64,000 nt of DNA from Octopus sinensis (lineage: Eukaryota): positions 29,263,360-29,327,359 of the forward strand of contig NC_043019.1 of NCBI RefSeq assembly GCF_006345805.1, read 5' to 3'. This document shows, piece after piece, positions 49,072 through 61,305 of the stretch. The notes below the pieces were generated by a model. That model saw nothing but the letters and a program-made list of their open reading frames with translations. It was not told where the DNA came from and searched no databases. The stretch's first letter is position 1. Each line of letters begins with the position of its first letter. The position numbers were made by a program, and so were the translations under genes.

Positions 49072-51523
49072 TATATACATGTGTGTGTGTGTGTGTGTTG
49101 AAATCATGTGATAGTTGTAAATGAGTGTCACTATCATACAAGCAGTGTCATTCATTTCCATATTCTGTCTGACCATGGGAAAATATTACCTTGCTTGTTG
49201 GAAACAGGTAAGTGCTGGTCACTGAAAGGCATTCAGTCATAAAAAGTCAACCCCAATAAACTTTGACCCATGCAAGCATGGAAAATTGAACATTAAAACA
49301 GTGATGATGATGATGATAATGAAGAAGAAGAAATGTGTCAATATTTCTATGCCATTTGGTATATGTTTTTTAATGTCAACTTAACACTTCTTTCATTATC
49401 ACTTCAGCAAGTATATTGAAGTACGCTTTACTTATGAGATAATAATGAGTACAAAACACTTCTAGAGTTATCACCCATCCTAATCAAAGCAAAATTCAGT
49501 CTGCACTAACTGAACTATAGAAATATAAAACTTTGTATTGTGTGATAATAAAATTTGAATTTAATTTTAAATTTGGGTATCATATGTTCTGGTGTATAAG
49601 CCAACTGGGCATATAAAATGACCCCAGAATTTTAAATGGAAGCTTGGAACTATATTCGCTGTATATGACTACCTGACAATATTTCACCCTTGATGCAGTG
49701 GCTAGGAGGTGCATGAGGCAGAGTCCAGGTTTATGACATATTTCATGCTCTGTGTTTAAGATGAGCCCTGATTTTGGAGTAATTTTTTTGAAGCTCAAAT
49801 TCTGTCTGGTACACTGATGTATATACAGTAATTTAATAGAAGCAGTTTCAGTACTAACATGGTGGCTGGAGACCATTCTTGAAACCGGTTGCTACAACTG
49901 TTGTTTAACACCAGGTCTACTCTCATGAAGCATATCTATGACCAAACACATTTTCACTATGATTAATTGTCCTTTTGGATATTTTAGTTACATTGTCTGA
50001 TGATCTTCCATGTTTTAAGATGGTAGATCATAATCTGAGAGGGATTTAGCAACTATTCCAAGCATCACTTCCTTGGCACTCCATTAGTTACGTTGACAAG
50101 GGTTCCAGTTGATTTGATCAACAGAATAGCCTGTTTGTGAAATTAACTTGCAAACGGCTAAGCACTCCACAGACACACGCACACTTAATCTCAACTTAAT
50201 CTCATCACACTGAATCTGAAGGAGATTCAGTATGACACAGAAGTGATAAGGCTGGCCTTTCGAATCACAGATAATATTCATTTTTGCCAGATGAGTGGAC
50301 TGGAACAACATGAAATAAAGTCTCTTGCTCAAGGACACAACAAGCCACCAGAAATTGAACCCATGACCTTACAATCCTGAGTCACATGCCCTCATCTAAG
50401 AATCAAATGACAGTGTAAAGGACTCTTCATTAGGTGCTTGACATTCAAGGAAACAGTTGTCTCTAAGTGATTAAGTTTATATTAAAAGCATTTCAGCTAG
50501 AACAATCCTGTCTTCTGTAAGGCTCATGAAAGATGAAAGCTACATAATCTAATGTAGTATCAATTTCTTTCTTAAAACAATTGAATGTTATACGAGGGTG
50601 GTTTGGTTGCTATTTTTAACAGTTTGAGTAACCACCTAGAGGCTCTCTAAATTGTTCGTTATTTCTGGAAGGTTGGCTGTTTGCTAATTCTATTCTTTAA
50701 GCAGTTAGACATTTCATTACAAACACAATTCCACTGTTTAAGCTTGGCAAATATGTGGTACATTCAACATATAATACATGCATTCAGTGCATTTAAAATT
50801 ATATTTTTCCTGATACATGCACACATGTAGCTAGAAAATTATTTCTCTTATTATATACATTTACCTGTCTTTTAAGCAGTAGAAGTATTTTCTTTTTAAA
50901 TAAAAAAAATGGGGGTTGGGGAGGGCAGCAAGAAATGTAAAGAAAAATATGAACTAAGAATATTAACATTTTATAAACAAAAAAAAAGTTTTGAAAAATA
51001 AAAAAATAAAAAAAAATTTGCATCTGATATTTTCTTCATGGTTTATTTTATACATTTATTTTTTTTGATATTCTATTTCAGGAATGTTTGCTACTAAATG
51101 ATAAAGTCTTCATTATGGATTCAAATTCAAAAATCTTTTTCGACAAAACACAAAAATTCAATTTTATGTAAAACATAAATGAAGCTCTTCAAATAAAAAA
51201 ACAAAAAAAACGAAGAAAAAAAAAAGAAAAGAAAAGGGGTTGGATAAAAAATACAAATAAAAATAATAACAAAATGTAAATCCATTTCCTTCCCCCCACC
51301 TCACCACCCACACTTCACCTTATAAAAATTTGTTATCAGAAAGAAATCATGCAGTTTTGAGTTGCAGATATAAATACAGAAAAATACAGTGTACTCTGCT
51401 TTTTGTGACTTTAACATATACATACGTATGTATGTGTGAGTATATACATATGTGTTTGTGAATCTGTGCAGCATACACACACACACACACATGTATGAGT
51501 GCAAGTGTGTGTGCACGAGTGTA

Positions 51524-51555
<32 letters not shown>

Positions 51556-52254
51556 CACACACAAACATATACACATGCATATACACACACAGCCACAACC
51601 ACACATGCAGAGTTGATGTTCAATATTTGCATGAAATCCAGTAAATGTCAGTCAAAGTATTTACTTGACTGAGATAGCAAAAGATAATAATAATAATGAT
51701 AATAATTTTGTTCTTTTTATGAAAGATAACATTTTAAAAGTTACTAAAAAAAAAAAGAAGCTAAAACTGGATATTTAATCAAATTCTTAAAAGATCATCT
51801 TAGTCTGAATATTTTAGTTTCAATTAAATGGAAAATATTAAAATCCCAAAGTATTCCTCACCCTCATTCCTTTGAATAATTAAATATTCTATCCTATGGC
51901 AATTTCTTTTTTATATTCAATATTTTCTTTTTTGATTCAAACCTCCCACCCCACCCCTGCCATTTTACTCAAGGTTACTACTACCTCAAGTAACTCACCT
52001 TTCAACAGGTAAGCGGTCAGATAGAATCTGCTAGAAAAGTAGCAATGAAACTACATTCATCCATCTTCTCTGCCCACTGTTCCAAAGAGAATCATCAGAG
52101 TAGAATCTTCAGGCATCTTCTCCATAGGGTCTTACCAGAAGTAAATGTCATTTCACTTCCTAGCTGGATTTCTAAACTGAGACTATGTTTATTACACAAC
52201 CATCTTAATCCTGGTCTTCACCTAGGTTACCTAGCAGTTGGCATGCTAGTCATC

Positions 52255-52660
52255 ATCATCATCATTGTTTAACGTCTGCTTTCCATGTTAGCATGGGTTG
52301 GACGATTTGACTGAGGTCTGGCGAACCAGATGGCAGCACCAGACTCCAATCTGATCAGGCAGAGTTTCTACAGCTGGACGCTCTTCCTAATGCCAACCAT
52401 TCCAAGAGTGTAGTGGGTGCTTTTATGTGCCACCAGCATGAGGGCCACTTAGGTGGTACTGGCAACGGCCACGCTCAAATGGTGCTTTTTATGTGCCACC
52501 TCCACAGGAGCCAGTCCAGCGGCACTGGCAACGGCCCCGCTTGAATGTTTTTTTCTCATGTGTCACCAGCACAAGTGCTAGTAAGGCGACGCAGGTAACG
52601 ATCACGCTCGAATGGTGTTTTTAACGAGCCATCGGCACGGAGGCCAGCTTGTTGCACTGG
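52255..52660 (-). mobile_element. RTE 3' UTR fragment with ~65-bp internal subrepeats
   Basis: catcatcatc...ttccatgttagcatgggttggacg is the reverse complement of the RTE tail. gtgcttttatgtgccacc/ctggcaacgg subunits recur. Confidence 0.8.
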
Positions 52661-53383
52661 CAATATATATATAGTCGTCATATTTTTTCCATACCTGCCA
52701 TCTCTGAAGAGCACATGGTGTTTGTTACTTAACCGGTCTGTCATATAATATCTGGTTATCTAAACCCCAGTATGAAACCAATTGAAATGGAACTATATTA
52801 CTGCATATTTTGACAGACACTTTATTCACTAATAGCCATCTATACTTTTGCAAGTATTGATAAATTTAAATTAGTCTTGCTTCAAGCTATCATTTATATT
52901 TATTTCCAACTTGTTCTCCATATTATTCATATCATTTATTTAATGATTAAAACCTGTTTTCCGTTACAACATAACATTTAGATGAGTGGGGCTATTGTTC
53001 ATTTGTAAAAGAGTAAAGTATTGAAAAATGGAGAAAGAGACTAGATATTATGAGTTGTAAATCAGTGAAGAATCAAAGACAAATTGAGACAGATTTTCTT
53101 CTGTATATAAGACAACCAGGAAAGGCATAGAACAGTGTCCACAACAGTTCAGGCTTCATTCAAATGGATGTAAGGTTGATGTGACGGTTGTTCAACTGCA
53201 TCATTTGTAGGTAAATGTTTGCAAGAGAAACATAAGCATGGGAGAGACCAGGGTCTGGCTCAAATGCTCCCAACAGAGTGGACCTTGTTAAAACACCCAA
53301 GGACCACTCACTGTTGCTTCACTCCTAAATCAGATGATTGAGTGGAATGATGATCAAAGATTCCATTTGTGGCCATCAAACTT

Positions 53384-53849
53384 TTTTCTAAATTGCAGCA
53401 ATCCGCATGATGAAGAATTTAGTTAATTAACTTCACGTAAAAAGCACAAACTACACTCTCGGCGTGGTTGGCATTAGGAAGGGCATCCAGCAGTAGAAAT
53501 ACTGCCAGATCAGATTGGAGCCTGGTGCATACAGGTATTTTCTAAATTGCAGCGATCCGCATGATGAAGAATTTAGTTAATTAACTTCACGTAGAAAGCA
53601 CAAACTACACTCTCGGCGTGGTTGGCATTAGGAAGGGCATCCAGCAGTAGAAATACTGCCAGATCAGATTGGAGCCTGGTGCATACAGGTATTTTCTAAA
53701 TTGCAGCGATCCGCATGATGAAGAATTTAGTTAATTAACTTCACGTAGAAAGCACAAACTACACTCTCGGCGTGGTTGGCATTAGGAAGGGCATCCAGCT
53801 GTAGAAATACTGCCAGATCTGATTGGAGCCTGGTGCATACAGGTATTTT
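53384..53849. repeat. Tandem triplication of a 154-bp unit containing an RTE-tail piece
   Basis: ctaaattgcagc starts at 53388, 53542 and 53696; units are nearly identical. Confidence 0.95.
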
Positions 53850-54696
53850 TATTGTCTCTAATGTAATATGATGGTTTATTGTTACTTCAGCTTAAAACAC
53901 ACAAGCCCACAATGAAAAGTTTTCCAAATATGATCAATCAGTTTATTGTCAGACAATCAAGACACTATTTAAGGTGTCCTTCAATTTTTAAGACAGTAAA
54001 AGGGGTGAATTCAGAAAGAGATTTTGCTGCTATTTTAAGCAGACAGAACAGCCAAGTACATACTTCCACATTGGCTTAAATTCATTGTATAGTTAGACAA
54101 TGTGTTCAAGAGCACATTATTTGATGTGTCCTTTCATGTTTAAGATGGTATGGTGTAACTTGAGAATTTGGTTGCTATTTCTAGCAGGCTGAACGACTAC
54201 ATAGAGGCTTGCTTCCAAATTGGCTTGAGTACATTATATAGTTGGATAATACATTCATGAGTATATTACTGATGTGTCCGTCAATTTTTAAGCAGAGATG
54301 TGGCTTGAATGGAATTTGGCTGCCATTTCTAGCAGGCTGAACGACCACATAGAGGCTTGCTTCCTTATTCATTTGAATGCATTATATAATTAAAATTAAT
54401 ATTGTTGAATGTTGTATAATATAGCGGTTAATGAAAGCAAACACACACACACACACACAAACATGCATATGCATGCATGCATGTATACACACCCACACAC
54501 ATCGAATACTAGTTTGTTAGTGCAATTGTACATTCATTGCATCAAATATTTCTATTTATTTAGGTCTGCTCAGGCATATCAAATTATTTGTAACAGACAA
54601 TAGAATGGAAGAAAGAAAAAAAGAAAAGAAAAAAGACTAACAATTTAATTAAGAGTTCAACAAGAAGTCAAAAATGAATTCTTTAAAAAATGCAGA

Positions 54697-54745
<49 letters not shown>

Positions 54746-54778
54746 TTGATAATAATACTAATGATAATAATAATAATG

Positions 54779-54871
<93 letters not shown>

Positions 54872-54893
54872 TAATAATAATAATAATAATAAT
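54697..54893. repeat. (AAT)n microsatellite with interruptions
   Basis: Direct inspection. Confidence 0.95.
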
Positions 54894-55518
54894 GAAAAAA
54901 GAAAACTGAAATCAATGTGTGAAAACATTATTCTTTTATTTAATTAAAAGTTCTTACATTTTAATTAGATTTATACAAGCAATATTGAACATGTTAACCA
55001 CAACCAAAGCTCACTTTGTAACATTTTATTCTGTAATTTTGATAATAATAAAAATTTTGATAATAATAATAATAATAATAATAATAAAATAAAGAGAATA
55101 AAACACATACATATTGTTGTTATTGTAATTTTAAAATTATCCAAACATTTCTTTTATTGTTTGAAATTTATCTGTTTATCTTTAATTTCTAAACCTTTTC
55201 TTTCTTTGGTGGTGGGGGTGGGGAATAAAAGAAATCAATGGATTGATTAAAATTCGTTTTTTCTCTTCTTTATTATACAAGTGTTAAGTTAGAGACAATG
55301 GACCGAGTGTCCATGATTTTATTCTAACCATCACAAAACAAAATGCCAAATCATCCACAAAAGAGTCTTTGACTGATATCTATAATGTTAATAATTTCAA
55401 GCCAATGAAGAACCATGGAATACAGAGTGAGAGCCTTACCCTCTCATCCACAGGTGAAATTTATATTCATTCAAATTTAAGCTCATTTGACAGCAGAAAT
55501 CTCTAAAAACACACATAT

Positions 55519-56040
55519 ACGAAGTGTGATCAATAAGTATCCGGACTGTTGCCATAGTAACAAAGCTAAAGCAAGCAGAGTAAAAGCTGCAGGGCAAAGA
55601 TTGACCTTGAACTCTGCTGTGCATGCGCTCTAAGTTTTAAAGTTCTAGCTCACTTCTGCTGTTTATAGCAGTGCTTGGAAGGAAGGGGTGTTGCATGTAA
55701 TCATTGCATTGACCATGACAGAGAAAGTTGTCATGGCAATGCCTGCTCAGAGGTTTGCACAAAGTTGGAGATACAATGGGAATACAGGTTCCCATGTGGT
55801 CCCTGGTCACAGGTATACAAACTTTGAGATGGTGCAATCAACAGCAGCTCATCTTGCAGTCAACTGTCACGGTGGATTCACTGACCAAGTCACTGCTGAT
55901 TATCAAAACGGACATAACCTCTTTGGCATACCTCCAGAGACAATCAGAAAGCGCTGCTGGAGAATTTCTATGATTTCACCAGCCCCTCCAAATTCCCCAA
56001 ATTGTAATGTCATGAATTACTACGTGGTGGGAATGGGGCT
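55519..56040 (+). mobile_element. Mariner-type left end joined to a maT-like remnant
   Basis: TA|cgaagtgtgatcaataagtatccggactg terminus. PPNSPNCNVMNYYV near 55985-56030 resembles the maT motif at 29640. Confidence 0.55.
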
Positions 56041-57779
56041 GAAAAAGACACTCACTTGCCGTTCAAGAATTTGGATCTGAAGATCTCCATTTCCAGCGAC
56101 TTCGAGGGCCACCTCCCAGTGGTGTTGGGTGTCAACGAAGAGCCCTCGACTACAAGACGACGACCAAAGTTTTTTTCCCCCGCACCAAGGTCTGGGGTCT
56201 TCCACCTCCCAAGCCCTAGACCATCACCTAATCACTCTTACCCGTCTTGTTGCTTAACAACAACAACAACAACAACACATTTGCTTGATCTGCCAAAGCA
56301 GCCAAGTTTCTTTCACAACATACCCTATCCCAATCATGGGCAAACTATGGCCTACAGGACTTTCTGAATGGCACACCTAACAAAGAATTACCTTGAATTT
56401 ACTTTAGTAGTGTGACCCACCTGCTGATGAGTTATGCCCCACGCAACCTACTTCTCAAAAGAGTTTTCCCATATCTGCCCTACCATCTTAGAAAAGAAAG
56501 ACAAGGATAAGTTCGTCATGGGTTCATTATATCTAGGAAAAAAATAGGATGGTCATAACTACAGTGCTTTCAATCATATCAGCTTGATTGAGACTGACCT
56601 GGGGCTGAATAAACAAAAAATTAATGCATTTTGTCAAAACTCAGTTCTGAACTACAGAGGATTTTGCCACTGCACTCTCACCAGTAATTATATTACCTGT
56701 ATTTCAAGTTAATGAGGATACCTCTAAGTGGTTGCTCAGCTTGCTGTAATAGCAGCCAGATTTCCTTCAACTCATATTCTACCAGCCAAATTACATGAAG
56801 GACATGTATAGACCCATCACTGAAAACAATCCATGACAATCTAATATTTTGTTTTGTAAATCAACAGTGTCATGGTTAGAAGCCCTTTCATCAGACGTCT
56901 TTTTGATCAGAACTAACCTGGAGCTAAATGACAGCAACAACACTTACAGTTTTTCTCAACACAGTTACCAATGCACTCTCACTTGAATAATTACTTTTTA
57001 GCTTCCTGTAATTTCTTCTCATTAGTGCACCAACACTTACCTGTACAGAGATAAGTTAATGCTGTCGGTTGCTAGAGATAATATATAATCTTGTTAGCTA
57101 AATGTAGTCGGCAGTAAATAGCTAGTACAATTACAACACTTTTTTCTCCTTCACAGTGTTTAGACTTATATACTGATGTATAGGTTTACTGCTGAGAGTT
57201 TTTCACATCTTTACTCTGTACACTTTAAGAAATGGTAAAAGTGGCTGGTCAGCATTTATCAACTGTTGGCCCTGCTCCTCAGAACTTGCTCGATTGTGCC
57301 AATTCCACTTAAGTAACCTCCAACTCATTCATTTTATATCACCCATTCTCAACTCAAGCCCCACAATAACCACTTTTCCTGTCCCATGGACATAGCCACA
57401 CTTTTTCACAGCAAAATTAAATTTTATGGTTATTCCATGTAATGATATTAATTATCTGCCAAAAACCAGAATTGGTATTTTCTACAAGTCTTACTGCCTC
57501 AATAAATTTGACATATCGCCACCAAAAAAATAGTCTCAATCAAGACATTCTGCAACAAAAAATAGATTGGTTGTATACAACTAGTTTTCACAGTTAAGGG
57601 TAATGAAATTTTGAAGGTATGTGTCTGATTTCTTAAACAAAACATCTTTATTTTGCCCAGACAGAGCAGACTTGGAGCAGTGACAAGAGGAAGAATCTGA
57701 ACTCAGAAAGCACAAAGCAGAAACATTACAGTAAGGTATCTTACCTGATACACTAACATTCCACTAATTCACTGCCCTG

Positions 57780-58230
57780 GACTAGTACTTTAGAGTGACT
57801 CGCTGTTCTTGAGGATTCGAAGACCCGACAAATGAAGTGAGTTCATGCTCGCAGGACAGCCTGCTGTGCTAACCTTGGATCGTAGAGTGACCCGCTGTTC
57901 TTGAGGAGACCTATTGAGTCAAGTTCGTTAAGACAGCCGTGCTGGTGACATGTAAAAGCACCATTCGAGCGTCACCTGAGGCGTCCGTGACACGTAAAAG
58001 CACCAACCGATCGTGGCTGTTTGCCAGCCTGCTCTGGCTCCAGTCGCTGGTGGCATGTAGAAAAACACCTGCTACACTCACGGAGTGGTTGGCGTTAGGA
58101 AGGGCATCCAGCTGTAGAAACACTGTCAAATCAGACTGGAGCCTGGTGCAGCCTCCATGGCTTGCCAGACCCCAGTCGAACCGTCCAACCCATGCTAGCA
58201 TGGAAAACGGACGTTAAATGATGATGATGA
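57780..58230 (+). mobile_element. RTE 3' UTR/tail fragment
   Basis: Shares ttggatcgtag...gaggagacctattgagtcaag and the terminal tail with 3480-4180. Confidence 0.85.
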
Positions 58231-59220
58231 AATGAATGTAAAGTTGATCTAAGTGGAATTTGAATTCAGACTGCAGAGAGTCAGAGCAAATGTTGCAAAG
58301 CATCTTCCCTGGTGTTCTAACAACTCTACAAATTCAAAGCCATATTGGATAATATAGTCTAACATAAACTGTGTCTGAAAAGATAGGATGGGATGATCTT
58401 AGCTTGAATGCTTTTTGTCATAGGTTTTGCTGAATCATGACTGAACTCAGGGTCAGTGGTATTGCTGACAACAACAGCAACAACAACTTTGTGAAGACCT
58501 TACCACAAAGGAAATGAAGAAGACACAGTTCTGATATGTTTAAAGTTAAGTAATATGAACGAAAATTGAATAAATGTAATCTACTAAGTGCATGCACATT
58601 TATGGTGCACCTTCCATGCAAGAGAGAAATGCTGAAAGATTTGTTGCACAACAACAACAACAACAACTACATTTGCCACGCGTCAAAAGAAGTCTTTTTG
58701 TGTCAAATTTACTGTTCCAATGAAATATTAAATAAAGTTATTGATATCATAAACTACATTTGAGTAGATGTATTCTGATATTGCAAAATTACCCAATCTC
58801 ACTATGAGGGCCTTTAATGTGGTGATGAAACAGTGAATGTCCATTTCTCATACTGTTTCTAAGATTTGCTGCTTATCACAAGATCAAGTAAAATACTTGC
58901 CACACACATTATATACTTTAAGATTTCGCTTAGGCACAGTAATATTAATAACCTGCTGTTAAAACTCAATGTAAGTCATAAGGTGATGTACAAACACTTG
59001 GCTCTGAATGTACAGCATCTTTTAGCAGGAACAGCTATAAGCTAGCGAATTTCATCATATAAATCCTGTTCCCCTTTGTAATTTCTTTAATTCTTTGTTC
59101 GATGGTATGTATATTTGTATGTATGTATGTATGTATGTATGATTGACTCAGTGCATAGCCTTTCCTCACTTTAAAAAAAATCTTCTTGCACAGGCATTGC
59201 ATGATAACAACATTGATTAA

Positions 59221-59441
59221 CCCTTTCGTTACCAACCCGGCTGAAACCGGCTCTGGCTCTTTAGTACAAATGTCTGGTTTTCAAAAGTTCTGAATTAAAA
59301 CCTTCCACCAAACCTTGGTCACAATTTATGTCCCTAACTCTAGCTTAATGATAACGATGTTATTTTACTTAATTCTTTGTTATATTTAACATAATTGGAA
59401 GAAACACTGAGCATCTCAAAATAAATTCAGTAACGAAAGGG
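59221..59441. mobile_element. piggyBac-type MITE, family T2 (TTAA TSD)
   Basis: TTAA|ccctttcgttac...gtaacgaaaggg|TTAA. Confidence 0.92.
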
Positions 59442-60753
59442 TTAAGCTTCGTGCAATGGCTATATTTGATAACGAGGGGGCAGCCACCATGTATATATGT
59501 ATGTATGCATGCATATATATGTACATCTGTAAGTCTGTCTCACTTTGCAGGTTAACTGAATTCTCCTTCTCATCAAGTCTACTTCTGATATAGTTAAACT
59601 TTGTTCTGCCAAAGTGAAACACATTTCCTTAAACCTTCACTCATTATTGCAGGGCCAACAGAAGAACATGGTGTTGCATTAAAAGACATCTCTACCCATA
59701 TTCTATAGTTTATGGATCTGAGCCACAATCAATATTGCATTTAGATATAAGCTTAACTCTTTTATTATAGTTTTGTTTTGTTTTTTGTTTTTTTTGCAAT
59801 ATACTGCTTTTGTTTGAATTTATTTTGAAAATACTGAAAAACTTAATAAAGTAACTTGGTCATTTTTGAAACATAAATTAACGCGGAATTTTGATGGAAG
59901 GTTTAAATTTAGATCACTTAAAAACAGTTTGTATCATTGAACTAAGGACAGTCTTAAGTGGGTTGACATCAAAATAGTTAAATCAAGCTACAGTCTATAC
60001 GGCCTAACAATCTACAGGGACCTCAGAGTTATGAAAAAAAAAATGTTTTTGTTGTAGCGAAAATGGTACTCCCCTTCATCGTCATCGTTTAGCGTCCGCT
60101 TTCCATGCTAGCATGGGTTGGACACTTCGCATGTAATAAAGTGGTATTATGAGTCCCTATAAAGTCAAACAGTCAGTTGTTGGAAAAAGTCAGAAATAGA
60201 ACAGTCAGTTGTTGTAGAAAGTCAGACATAGTAGGGTCATTGTACAAGTTCACAGTTGGAGTCATTGTATATGAGTTTGAGTTACCGAATATCAGTTACA
60301 TGATATACGAGTTCGAGTTACCGCATGTCAAAGTCATTGTCTCACGGAGATATCAGTGATAGTACAATAGATGAGTCAAAGATTAGATGCAGAATACGAC
60401 CCCAACATAATAGTGGCAACAAGGATATTACAATGCAGACAACAACATACAAGTGGACAAGGATCCACATTATAAAAGTGGTGAAGAGGATATAAACAAT
60501 TCACATGGACAACATTGAAAAAAAAAACATTTTTTTCGAGAATTGGTTTCGGTATGATGTGTTTATTTATTTTAGTAGTTTTGACTTTAAGAGTCCCTCC
60601 TAGCGTGAGACATCTATGTGTAATAGTGCCCTCTATATAATATAAATAAATAAATTTAAAAGAAAAAGATTGATGGTTTTTTTTTTCTCTTATGAGGTTT
60701 TTCACACTAACTACTTAATAAATTCTTATGAAGATTTTATCCTATTTTTAAAT

Positions 60754-60816
<63 letters not shown>

Positions 60817-60847
60817 ATATTCTTTTACTCCCTCTTCTACTTTTTTT

Positions 60848-61061
60848 ACACATTTCAGTCATTTGACTGTGGCCATGCTGGAGCACCACCTTTAGTCAAA
60901 GAAATTGACCCCAGGACTTATTCTTTGTAAGCCTAGTACTTATTCTATCAGTCTCTTTTACCGAACCACAAAGTTTTGGGGACATAAATGCATCAACATC
61001 GGTGATGGTGGGAGGGGGGACACAGACACACACACACACACACACATATATATAGACAGAC

Positions 61062-61116
<55 letters not shown>

Positions 61117-61305
61117 TAGATAGATATACATATACATATATACGATGGGCTTTCAGTTTCTGTCTACCAAATCCACTCACAAGGCTTTGGTTGGCCTGAA
61201 GTTGTAGTAGAAGACACTTGCCCAAGGTGCTACACAGTGGAGTTGAACTCGGAACCATGTGGTTGAGAGGCAAGCTTCTTACCACACAGCCATACCTGTA
61301 CCTAT
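60848..61305 (-). mobile_element. SINE family A with a compound internal microsatellite
   Basis: Reverse complement of family A; internal (CA)(TA)(GACA)(GATA) tract at ~61020-61140. Confidence 0.85.

Noticed and set aside
55440-55502. 63-nt open candidate exon (DFCCQMSLNLNEYKFHLWMR) with AG/GTAAGG
   Set aside because: The acceptor abuts a mariner insertion and the peptide is unrecognisable; such hits are expected by chance in 64 kb.
60338-60612. Possible solo LTR (TGTCTCACG...CGTGAGACA)
   Set aside because: The flanks gtcat/tctat do not form a convincing TSD.
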